Origin: the human T2T-CHM13v2.0 reference genome, Homo sapiens | DNA: 64,000 bases | Direction: 5' to 3' (one strand) | Assembly: GCF_009914755.1 (NCBI RefSeq) | Contig: NC_060928.1 | Part shown: in pieces, positions 1-13,115 of the stretch | How positions within the stretch are numbered: position 1 is the stretch's first letter | Layout of the letters: every line of letters begins with the position of its first letter | Made by a program: the position numbers and the translations under genes | Notes under the pieces: generated by a model | Databases searched by the model: none | What the model saw: the letters and a program-made list of their open reading frames with translations, nothing else | What the model was told of the DNA's origin: nothing

Positions 1-38
1 TTGTTTAGTGTTTTCATGTGGGCAAAATATACATTTTA

Positions 39-334
39 GGCCGGGCATGGTGACTCATGCCTGTAATCCCAGCATTGTGGGAGGCTGAGGCAGGTGGATC
101 ACTTGGGATCAGAAGTTCGAGACCAGCCTGACCAACATGGCGAAACCCTGTCTCTACTAAAAATTCAAAAATTAGCCAGGCATGGTGGCACACACGTGTA
201 ATCCCAGCTACTTAGAAAGCTGAGGCACGAGAATCCCTTGGACCTGGGAGGTAGAGGTTGCAGTGATCCGAGATTGTGACACTTAACTCCAGCCTGGCCA
301 ATAGAGTGAGACTGTGTCTCAATAAATAAATAAA
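39..334 (+). mobile_element. Alu (AluS-type), full length
   Basis: GGCCGGGCATGGTG...CTGTAATCCCAGCA, dimeric structure, (AATA)n tail. Confidence 0.95.
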
Positions 335-869
335 TTTTAGAAGTTAAAATTAGAATAAAAAATCAAAACACCAGAAGAGTATTTATTTTTTAAAAATCAC
401 AGATGTTAGAGATAATAATCAGTGAGTACTTAACAATGCAGATCAGATATAATCTAACTTGGAAGAGAGGAGGGAAACATGCTAAGGAGAGACGATGGTA
501 AAATTCCTAGAAATAAAATTTCCCACATTTCTTAATTATATAATTCCTCCAATTATTTTCTCTTTCCAAATATGTGTCTTAAGCCCATTGCAGTTTACAA
601 AGGTAAAATATAAGATTTTTTAAAAAATAAATAAAACTCAAACCTTTTTTTTTACTATTTAAAAAAATTCTATGTACATGTGAGAAGGAAATATTTGAAA
701 TTTTGATAAAGTTCACTGTTTATATTATATGTACATATTTCACTTGCCTATGCTATCTCCATTATATTGGTAAATACTGAAATCTAGAATATTGCCTAAT
801 AAGTGCTCTACACTTGCTTCTCCTAGAGTGAATTCTGTACTTTGCTCCTATACTCTAGTTGTGCTGGTC

Positions 870-1270
870 TTTCATTTGTTTTCTTAAACAAGCCTTGCTT
901 ATTTTATTCTGGCTTAGAGCTATTGTCACATCATTCACTTGGCCTGTAACACTCCTCACCCTGCCTCCTCTTATCTCGTTAATGTGCACTCATCCTTCAA
1001 TAGCAACTCATACTACATCTTCAGGAAAGCCTTTGCCAACATCCCAGACCAGATCACATCCACCTGGCTGTACTGTCTTACAGCACCTGAGACTAATCCT
1101 AATTTGTGACTACACATTTGACTGATTAAGAAAAAGCATCTCTCCCCCCAACTAGACGGTAGGTTCATGAGGCAGAGGCACTATCTAAACTGTTAGTTGT
1201 TGCATTTACAATATTGATTTGTCATACGGGAAGTGCTGAGTGAATTTTTGCTGAATTAATGAACGAAGAA
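870..1270 (+). mobile_element. L2 3' end fragment
   Basis: TCTTCAGGAAAGCCTTTGCC...TAGACGGTAGGTTCATGAGGCAG...TTTTTGCTGAATTAATGAA. Confidence 0.65.
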
Positions 1271-2642
1271 CTAAATTTTGACTGTAGATCATTGAGTAAC
1301 AAATTATTAAAGGAACATGGCAATGTGAGAATTAAAAAGAGAACATTAAGTAAGCTGAAGGCAGCATTCCGAACATGAAATAAATTTTTATGGTGTCCTT
1401 AGATTTTAGGAAACAAAACATATGATCATAATGATATGTTATACAGTTACAATGTTAATTACATCACAAAAGTAAAATTAGTTTATCTTGTTTTCAATAA
1501 AAATGAAAACTAGTGGAAAATAACTTTCCCATATGTCTCTTAGGGTTATCTTCATTTACACTTACTAAGTTATTTTATCGTAGCTGGAGAGTTATTTCAA
1601 TGTTTGTAGTGTTTAGCCTGCATTAACACCTCCAAAATCCTGTTTTATGCCTTTCAGAGATTAATAAATGTTAGAAGCTAAAATTTTGAAGGAATTGAAT
1701 CCTAATTATATTTTTACTTCTGAATTCTTTCAAACCTCAAATGTTTTCTAGATCATAGTTTTAGCCACTGCCCACTAGTGACCAGGTGTTCTTAAGCTTA
1801 AGAACATTAAAAGAACAAAAACAACAACAACAAAAAAACAGGCCTGACTTTCAAAGTCAGATCTCTAGGGAGTCTGCAAATGTAATTGTTAGGGCATGTG
1901 GAGACAAAAGCAACAGTACACTTACCCACCCAAAGCCTGCTTGTCTCAGCATGTGTAATCATCTCAAATCCTTATAAATTAGACATTGCCTAAAAATTTA
2001 AGAAAAAATGTTTAGATGTATTCCAGTTACAAAAGTCTATCTGAACCTGAACCAGCATGTTTAAAAGCCTAATGACAATTTAAAGACTAATTACTAGACA
2101 TTATATATTTTAATTCAATACATGTCATATTTATTAATTTTTAAATAAATATATCTACATATCTCATGGATTGCATTTATTTTCAAAACTGTATAAATTT
2201 AATAGGTGCCAACGTTGTTGGTTTCTTTTTTCCTTGTTCTCCCAAAACATTTTACCCCAGGAAAAGTGCTATTTAATCTCCCATGTCTATTTCCAAGTAA
2301 AATTTGGTCATCAAAAATTTAGATTTTTTTTCTGCTCTACATATCAGACCATTATTTTTTGTCAAGATATATGAAAATGATACTGTATCAAGAATGTAGG
2401 GGCCTAAATAATTCATAATAGGCTATTTGTCTGAGTATTTCCCTCATCAGGACCTACCTACCTGTGGTGGTAGAGAAAAAGAGAGACTGACTCAAACTTC
2501 CCAGTCAGCTTGCTTTTGTTTGGCAGGTAGCTTTTACAGAAAATCTGTTTCCATAGAAGCTAATGGATTGCTTAAATTTAGGAGTAACAAAACCTGCTTC
2601 TATGCTAATCATAAAAAAGCTAACCCTGCAACCTAATGAATG

Positions 2643-3138
2643 TCATTTATTCATGCATGCACTGAAATTATACATTTAATAAATATTAATTGAGCACCTA
2701 CTATGCTTCAGTTGGCGAAAGACAAAATCAGCAAATTCAGGCAGAAAAGTGAGTCCAGTAAATCAATTACAGCAGTGTTCAATGAGTTCTACAAAAAAGA
2801 TGTGCTCCAGATGATGAATGCGTTCAGGTGTCAGGTCTTAAAGCAACTTGGGGAAGGCTTCTGGAAGAGGTTACTTTTGAACTTAAATGTTGGGTAGAAG
2901 TTAACTGTGTGTGGAATAAGGAGATGGGAGTTGGGGAGGAAAATATAATTAATTCCTGTAAGAGTATTCAGTGTGTAAAAAGAAATAATGGCATCATATT
3001 TTGTTGCTATTGAACCACTGAGAACACATTTAATATGGCTGCCGAGAATGTGGAAAGCTGGAGAAAGAAAGGTGACAGGTGATGGAAAGCCCTATGTGTT
3101 ACATGGAGGAGTTTGAATTTTATCCATCCACAAAATAA

Positions 3139-3169
<31 letters not shown>

Positions 3170-3480
3170 GTGAAACCATTGAAAATTTTGACCTCATTTG
3201 AGTTTCAGGAAGAACATTCTGGGGAAACAGTTGAGAGTGTAAAGAGATAAAAGACAAAATTCTTGTTAAAGGCCTGAAATGAAAAGATTTTGAACTTGTA
3301 CAGGTGGAAATAGAAGAGGAGCTAGATATTTCAGACCAGAGGACAGATGGATGTAGACCATGAGAAAGAAAAGAAGAGTGTTTCCAGGAGACTGGGTCTG
3401 CCAACACTTCCAGTTTTTAGTACAGGAAACTGGTGTAAAGTGGGATGCTCCAACAAATTTGGGGAATCAGTAATAGATAA
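2643..3480 (-). mobile_element. L2 fragment(s)
   Basis: TTTAATAAATATTAATTGAGCACCTACTATG...GGAAGGCTTCTGGAAGAGGTTACTTTTGAACT...GGAGTTTGAATTTTATCC. Confidence 0.6.
3140..3166. repeat. (TA)n microsatellite
   Basis: Directly visible. Confidence 0.95.
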
Positions 3481-3529
3481 ATTCAATCAATCATTAAAAC
3501 TAAGGCCTTCAATTTAAATGAATATACAC

Positions 3530-3588
3530 TGCTTAAAAAGAAAGCAAAACATGACGACATTTATTATGTAAACTATCAAATGTTTATT
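3530..3588 (-). terminator. Distal polyadenylation signal (AATAAA 3588-3583, second copy 3565-3560) with downstream U/GU-rich element
   Basis: Plus-strand tttatt twice; minus strand continues TGTCGTCATGTTTTGCTTTCTTTTT. Confidence 0.7.
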
Positions 3589-3923
3589 TAAATTTCCATT
3601 TAAAATATTTTCAAGTAAAATATGTACAAAAATGGTTATAAAATGGTTGAAGCAACTAGAAGCGTGACAGGTATAATACATATAAATACAACCAAAATTC
3701 AATTCAATGCAAAGTTGAATGACATCATATTGCACCAAAATTTATTCCATACAAAAGCACATGCATCAAGAGTTTCCATAAGATGAAAACAAACACACTT
3801 ACTTCATAGCATCTTACCACTTACTTACACAAATAGCCCATAAACACCATCTGGCATTGTGATTGCAGTACCAGAACTCTCCCCAGAGGGAACTCATTTA
3901 GCTATAGAAGAATCCATTTTATT

Positions 3924-3964
3924 TCACATATCACATGCTTGTGCAGGCATCAGTGCTAGGAACC
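3924..3964 (-). CDS. SLC7A11: Alternative terminal coding segment (xCTb-type): (G)FLALMPAQACDM*
   Basis: Acceptor gttgtttcttAG|GG TTC CTA GCA CTG ATG CCT GCA CAA GCA TGT GAT ATG TGA, in frame with the phase-1 exon 11 donor; matches my recollection of the hxCTb C-terminus. Confidence 0.75.
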
Positions 3965-6608
3965 CTAAGAAACAACGCAATCCACAGATGAAAGTCTCTC
4001 TGCACCATTTATATCTTCATAGATAAATATCTTAGTTCTAATATGATTGGAATGTGGATGCAGAAATAAAATGCAGTTTTGCTCTTTAAGAATTTTATCA
4101 ATGTAAGACATTGTATTAAATTTGTATAAAATACACACAATCCCCTCTACTAAGTTTCATGATCACAGTGCCAGAGTGAAGAAACTCTGCTTGAGTTGAG
4201 GACCAGTTAGTTAGGATATTGAGGATCACTCTTTTTCAGCTGGATCTCTCTGTTCTTGTGTTTTCAATCACTAGACCAAACCCACGATGCCCCTGAAATT
4301 CTGGGAATGGTACAAGGTCATAACTAATGCATTCCAGATCCAAGTTAGGGATTTAGCTGGTCTATAAATTACAGTTTAAGCACAGATCAAAGAGATGGCT
4401 GCCAGCATATCCTTCAAGGGTAACCTGAGTTCCAAGACTTTCCCACTGGGCTAAATGGACTCCACTTGTTGCAAATTATAAATGCTTGTCACAGAATATG
4501 AAAAATATTTAAATACATTCATAGATAGTACCTAATAATATGTTAACATAAACATAACGACACACATATTATTTTTCTACCCCTTGGCAACTGAAAATGA
4601 AGTTACCATTCCTAGGCCAAATTTTTAGACAAAGCTTTCTAAAACCATCTTTATAAAGTAAATTCAGATATGCTTACAATAAAAAGACATAAAAGATTCA
4701 TCCTGAGATGAATTCTGAGTCAATAACTAAAAACCATTTCTACCAGTGCATCACTACCATGTAATCCATTCTACGCAAGCTCTACAAATATTGAGTCAAA
4801 TCCTGTCTGTCAGAAAATGAAGACCCAATAAGTTTGCCGAAGTATTCAGTACAAGAGGCCATTTGTCTTGCCTTTTTCTGACATGTGCATACTATAAAAT
4901 CACAGGTAGCCAACATTTAGTATCAGTAAAAAACAACTACGTTTGTTCACCTGTTTGGCATAGGGAGAAAACAATGTATCTCATAGCATTAAATGATACA
5001 GCCTTAACACATATGATGCTCATATTTGCAAAGTTCCCAAATGTTGAGAAGTTCTAGTGAAAAGTCATACTATTGTGCAAAGATGAAAATTTGGAGCCAA
5101 TGTCTGTATTCAAAATAACCAAAATATATTTTAAAGCAAAATATATCCTGATACTACTATAGATTCTAGGAATTGTCCTAAAAGAGTAAAGTGTTGTTTC
5201 CTTTCTGAACATGAATAACATCAAAGGAAGAACCCAGTTCTTAAGACTTAAGTAGGAAATTTATAGAAATTTGATTTATACCAGTAGTAATAACATTCAT
5301 AAGGAAAAACTATTAGGTAACAATTTTCTCCAAGAAGAGGATCAGATTACTTAAAATTGTTGGAGAATTCTGGTTGTTTGTGCAATAATCATAGTGATTT
5401 ACATTGCTTTTCTTCTTTCAGAGCAATAAGAAAGTTATTTGGGGTAGTACTTGAAATAATTCATATACACAGTCATTTAACATAGATCGTTTCTAGTCGA
5501 GTATGAGCATACATTCATGGGAACAATCTGTTTCATTCTTCAAAGTATGTTTGTACTTTGGAATGAAGGAGAAATTCTAGGGAAAAATTAATTCAGAAAT
5601 CTTTTGAAATAAGACAGTTCAAACCTAGGACCAGGTAACCACATTGCATTGCCTCCCAGTGTGATATGACTGTGCTTCCAAGTATGCATCTAATAAAGTT
5701 AGTTAGTAGGAAAATTTGATGTCTAAATTTTATAATACACATTTAAGTCAGACCACTCACAACCCAACAAATTATACAGCTTTAACATGCAAAGGCCTAA
5801 TAGGTTTTCCCACAAGATGCTGTAATAATACCCTGTCACACAAGGTACTCAAAATACAGTCACCACTGCAAAAGAGATACCTGTGCATTACTCTTTTTTT
5901 CCCCTCTGGCTTTCAGCACGGCCTTCTGAGGCTTTAACAAGAGGTAATAAGGACTTAGCAAGCAGTTCTCCTAACCAATACATTAATTCACTTGAAAGTC
6001 ATACTTTTAAAAAAAATCAGTAGTGTATATGTTGAGGAAAAAAAGCATGTTCACTCTGGAACAAAGTTGGCCCTCTATGGCTCTCAGATGCCTAATGCTC
6101 TACAGTTTTGTGAGAGAATTGTTAACTGTAAAGCTGTAAAGGCGGTTATTGGTACTATAAATGTACACTTGATTCAAGTACGCTGAAACACACACATGTA
6201 ACAGCTATTAGGACACTGTAACCGTCCTCTGTGTATTTTAAGGCCAATAGTAACAGAGAGGAGGGAAAAAAATAACTACCAAGAAAATAAAACTAATGGG
6301 TAGATTCACACTAAGAAAATCTAGGTAATTATATAAATTCATTGTTATGAGGTTGTAGAAAGGACAGTTATCTCACGACATATGGAAAATTGGTGAATTT
6401 CCTGTGAGACTATGATTTATGCTTTTGTGAATGTATACCTGATCTAAAATTAGACAAAACATTTATTTTTAGACACCAACTAATTGGAAAATATAAGGAA
6501 AGAAATAATTATCTCCCAAAATTGACTATTAAAAAATAATTTTTAAGTACAGTACTAATAAACTAAGGATGACCTAGAGAGCATACCTTTAGCTATTATT
6601 TAAAAATC

Positions 6609-6922
<314 letters not shown>

Positions 6923-9622
6923 TAAAAATCTTTTTGAAGTACAGTACTAATAAACTAAGGACTACCTAGAGATCACACTTTTAGATATTATCTATTTTAA
7001 CATAGATTAAAAATACTGTTTATATGAAAATTAAGCTTAAATACACGTATAGGTAATAATTATTTTGCCCATATACAAGTAATGTAAACAGAGGCTATCA
7101 AGGTGACCCATTATCTACTCTAATTTATATCCACTATGAGCTTCTTCCCAGTTGTTATACAATGCCATATTTTAATTCCTGACTGAATGGTTAGGAAAGC
7201 AAAATGTAACTCTGTAAACTTGATCAGCACTAATGTACAACATATTATGGAGGGTAAAGTGAAGCAAGAATATATTCAAGTAAAATAAAATGTCTTTCAT
7301 GGGCATTCAAATCCCACATCTCTCTATATTTCTTTCCCAACTAAGAGCTATAATTAAAATCCCATTTATTATTTTTCTATAGTTCAGAATCAACGTATAA
7401 AATATGATGAAAGTGAAACTATCTCCCTATATATCACATCATATATATTGTGAGAAAGTCACTTGTTATATATGGATATTTCAATTAACTCATAAATTTT
7501 TAAAAACATATCCTCCATACTTATTTCTAACAGAAAAAAATAACAGGAATTATTTTACTTTACTCACATGGACAATGCAGATTTTGTGGGGGTAGAAGTG
7601 TACACAACTTTGCTGGTCTTCTTCAACAAAATTAGTACAGAATTCCTAATACAAAGTTAGGTTCAGGACCTCGAATGGAACATGTCTAAGTGAGAGGCAC
7701 TGAAGCTTAGGTTTCATTAGCTTCCTGCGAGATCCACCTATGCACAGCAAACAACTAATTTTTAATATTTCTCTGACTATATTGCATAACATTAAAATAT
7801 TGTTACCTTCAGTCCATACTATCTTTCATTTCCTGATTCTCTGGCCTTCGGTTTTTTATCTTTTCATACCTTATACCTCAATTACAAAAGATCAACTTTA
7901 ACAAAGGTCAGAGTTGCTCCCTTTCTTAGCAGTATATTCATCTGCAAATCAAGATAAAATAATGATTTTCCTGTAGACTGATTACAGTTCATGAGGAATT
8001 CTGTTATGTAATTATACTCTTGTTAACCCTCTATTGATATGTCAAATTGTAATTGGGGAAACAATTTTACCAGACACATAAGACGAACAGGAAATCTGTT
8101 TCAACGTGAATATCTTAGTGTTGGAGAAACCGTCATGCATTGCTAACGTAACCTAATAAGCTGTCCAAATTTTGTGTCCACAGGGCTGAGGAGCTACAGT
8201 CTAAATGCATACGCATGTTGGGAACCGAAGTCAGCCATCTTCCCTAGGACAAATCTTTACTCTTCTAAAGAAGGACAAGAATAAGGTCTACTTTCAGCTA
8301 ACCATTTATAAGGTTCAGTTTTCATTGGATCAAAGGAATATAATCTAATACTTTTTAAATGGGGTCAAAACAGTATTATAAGGAAAATATTTACTGCAAA
8401 TATTTATAATTGTGTAAGGAGAATCATTCTTTTTAAAATCAAGTTGTGTTTTAGCTTTAGAATCTTTTAAAATCACAAGTATTTGAGAATCCATCCCCAC
8501 AAAAATTAAAAAATACTATATTAGTTATTTTAAACAGTATTCATTACTTTTACTGTTTATGTTATAATAAACTTATGTATATAAACATTTGAATATGCAT
8601 GGTACAAAGTACAAGTACAGAACATGTAGTAAGTAGTATGTGCATGTATGTGTGTGTGTGCATATCGTATAAAAATATGAGAAAAATTTTACTTATATAA
8701 AAACATATATATAAATAAGTGTTCAGGAGAGTTTTTGAGAATCTGCTTTACATACTGCAATTTTGAGTGAAAATTATGGATATTAATTTCCTGATTAAAG
8801 GAACTGTGTCTTCTCATGATGAGTCCTAAAAATAAGCCAAAATACTACTTAATCTCCATCACTTTTTTTCTTAATTACTGGCTGACTTTTTTTCTGCGTG
8901 AAATGGCATTACAATGGCAGGGAAATTTAATAATGCAAAAATCACTTTTGAAAATGAGAAAGAATAATTCTAGTTACCTTTTAAATTGATACTTTTAAAG
9001 AGAAATTCAAATCAAAAATAAATAAATTAAAGTCTGAGACCAATTTGCCACTGTGAATATAAGCACATTAACCCCAGGAAGAGCCAAGAACTACACAAAC
9101 CTCTCTATGAGAATTTGCCAGTCTTCTTTCATTTGGCAAGAAAAAGCTCAGGAAAATTTGCTTGTTTAAATTCTATGAGCCTAGTCTATGGGGAAAAAAA
9201 AAATAGGAATATGAAAGAAATTCTTACCTCCAGCAACATATCATAGGGAGAGATGTGGACAAATGAACAATATTTACTGGAAATAGGAATTATAAATCAA
9301 ATTTTGAAAACCCTATGCTAAGGAAGGAAGGAGTTATTATAAATTCACTCAGAGACCCAAACGTTAGGTTCAGCTAAAGAAATGTCAGTCTTGGATATAT
9401 ATTAAATGTTTTCAAGAGCAAAATTGAAATTACTGAATTGGAAATGCTCCAAATTATAGGTCATCATTTCTACTTTGGACAATTTTTTATGAATTCTATG
9501 TTTGCCTTTAATAATTTTAATTGGTATAATTCTTTCAAAAATCCTTATTTTCAAATGGACAAAAATTAAAGGATGAAACATACTCTGGCCATGACTAACC
9601 ATTTTACCTTAGATGTTTATAA

Positions 9623-10081
<459 letters not shown>

Positions 10082-11422
10082 CACAGTATTTTCTAATACT
10101 GGCAAAACAACATCTTCTGAACACAAACACTTATCCACAGATTCTCATTTCAATTTTCTTCTTATCAGTTGTCTCTTTTGCAAGTTGAATGATAATTAAG
10201 GTGTGGAAATTACTGACAAAGCCTAGATATAGAAGTGGAAATTTTCTAGAAACATCAGTTGTAAATCTTATTTACAGCGACATTTCTTTTGCAATTTTTA
10301 TGTTAATATATGCCTTTTCCTAATTAATCTGGACAGTTTCATCTGAAGAGATATTTTAACAGAAGAATATAAAATGTATAAAGAAAATGCACAAACTGTC
10401 AAAATTCATCATCGTGTAAAAATAGCCATAAATTTAAAAAACTTCAGAATTACTAACATTGCATGTAGATATGATTACAGATATGGGACTATTATTTTGA
10501 ACATCTTCTTTGTTGGTGATTTCTCTCATGTTGATAATGTAATTTGAAGGCTTAAAATGCATATGTTTAGATAGACTCATCAGGGGTAAGTTATTAGTGA
10601 AACAGGTGGTTGTTCTAATGAGGATTTAATACCAAACTAACTCTTGCTCTAAGATGTGTTATACACTTTCCTGATCAAACTGATGTGAAAAAAAAAAATG
10701 ACAGATAACTAAAACTTCCTGATAATGAATGAAAAAACATCTGACATAATAAATTCTCAAGGATTTTTACTTAAACATAACTCCTGGATGTGTCTCATAA
10801 ACAGTAGCCCCTAGAAACTCTTCTTTAATGTATTCAACAATCCCCACTGACCTTTGTTCAAAGTGCTCTGGGTATAATCCATTAAAGCATGAGTGTTTGT
10901 TATCTAAATTGGTATCTAAGGGGAAGCAATGCAATGTCAATGTAAAATAAATTTCTTTCTCTCCTCTTTGCCATAATCATGATGTATGCTTTTTTTCAGA
11001 ATTGAAAACACTTTTCACAGTATAGACATCTATAGTGTGTAAAACCATCTTTACAAAACCCATATATACAGAAAAATCTCAGTCTTCAATTTGAAGGTTC
11101 TTTGCCGTGCTAACATATGTTGTAGAGAATGACCACATAGTAATTGTCTAGTCTTTTCTCCTAACCCCAATAGGTAGGTATCAGAGACTCAAGAATTGTG
11201 CGACTCATAGAATAACTGCATATTCACTTTCTATAACTACATAGAGTTATAACTAAATTTCTTAGAAATTAGTTCGAATATGCTAAAATATATGAATAAA
11301 AATAACTGACTCCTTTTGTTTATCACCAAAGTTGTAATTCTCTAGACTTTCAGAAAATGAAGTAAAAATCCCTATTTTGTGTCTCCCCTTGGGCAGATTG
11401 CCAAGATCTCAAGTCCATTAGT

Positions 11423-11484
11423 TCATAACTTATCTTCTTCTGGTACAACTTCCAGTATTATTTGTAATGTTCTGGTTATTTTCT
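11423..11484 (-). CDS. SLC7A11: SLC7A11 exon 12, coding part (62 nt): EKITRTLQIILEVVPEEDKL*
   Basis: Acceptor ttgtAG|AGAAAATA; TGA stop at 11425-11423; matches the canonical xCT C-terminus. Confidence 0.97.
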
Positions 11485-11988
11485 CTACAAAGAAATAAAA
11501 ATGAATTAAAAATGCATGGAAATCAGAAATGCATTAAAAATAGCAAAATATGAATTATTTTGGGTTGAATACCAAAAACACACAACTGTCTACTTCATAG
11601 AGCACTTTCAAGAATTATTTACTTCATTAGAATTCTATCATGCTCAATTAATTTATTTGTCACTTCTGTAACTTCCCATGATGGCTTCTCAGCAAGAATA
11701 CATTAATATTTTGCATTCAAATAAGGATTTTTATTCATGGACCAGAAGGGTGAAAATATTTTGAAACAGTAGGACCAATATATAAATAAATGTTTAAAAA
11801 TACACTTTATATCAGTTTAAAATTGGTTTATTCTTTTTGCACCTATGAGATTACAATCAGTTCCTCAGAAGAATCTGGAGGAGAATCAGAATGTAATTTT
11901 CATTCTCTAACTTGTAACATGTTATTGAGAATGTTGTCTTATCTCCTAGGGCCTAATTTGCCTAATCAGTAGAATGAGAGACTAAATC

Positions 11989-12148
11989 AGTGATTCTCAA
12001 AGTGCGGTCCCTGGACCAACAAAATTAGCATCAACTACCATACTAGAAATGCATCTTTTCAAGCTCGATCCTAGACCTACTCAATTAGAAACTGAAGATG
12101 GGGCCTAGCAGTCTGTAATTCTGATAGACACAAAAATGTAGGAACTGA
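11989..12148 (+). mobile_element. MER5A (hAT-Charlie DNA transposon fossil)
   Basis: CAGTGATTCTCAAAGTGCGGTCCCTGGACC...AGAAATGCA...CCTAGACCTACTCAATTAGAAACT. Confidence 0.75.
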
Positions 12149-12304
12149 GGGCATCCCAAGAAAGGCTGGCTCCAGTGTTCAGAAGGAAGTCTACCTTTTT
12201 TCCTTCAGAACCATTGAGCTAGATGATTTCTAAGGTCATTTTATCTTAGCAGTTCTAGAACTCTATGACCTTGGTTTCTGGGGACATTAGTTCTTGTTTG
12301 CCTC

Positions 12305-12609
12305 TTTTTTTGTTTTGTTTTGATTTTTTGAGGCGGAGTTTCACTCGTTGCCCAGGTTAGAGTGCAATGGTGCGATCTCGGCTCACTGAAACCTCCACCT
12401 CCCAGATTCACGCGATTCTCCTGCCTCAGCCTCCCAAGTAGCTGGGATTACAGGCATGTGCCACCACATCCGGCTAATTTTGTATTTTTAGTAGAGACGG
12501 GGTTCCACCATGTTCGTCTGGGTGGTCTTGAACTCCTGGCCTCAAGTGATTTGCCTGCCTCGACCTCCCAAAGTGCTGGGATTACAGGTGTGAGCCACCA
12601 TGCCCAGCC
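12305..12609 (-). mobile_element. Alu (AluS-type), intron 11
   Basis: Reverse-complement Alu consensus with T-rich tail. Confidence 0.95.
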
Positions 12610-12819
12610 AGTTTGCTTCTTATCTTTGTAATGAATTCCTACAGAACCTTTTCAATGTCCTGCTAGTCCTGGAGCTGTTTACAGCCTGACCTCTTGATGG
12701 TTTCAGGCCCAGATAGTCTTTCATCTGGACATAGAGTCTTTCTCCTCATTCATGGCTTGTTATCTGTAATAGCTCCTTTCAAGCCATATTTAATGACATT
12801 TTAAAAGGTATTTTTTTCA

Positions 12820-13115
<296 letters not shown>

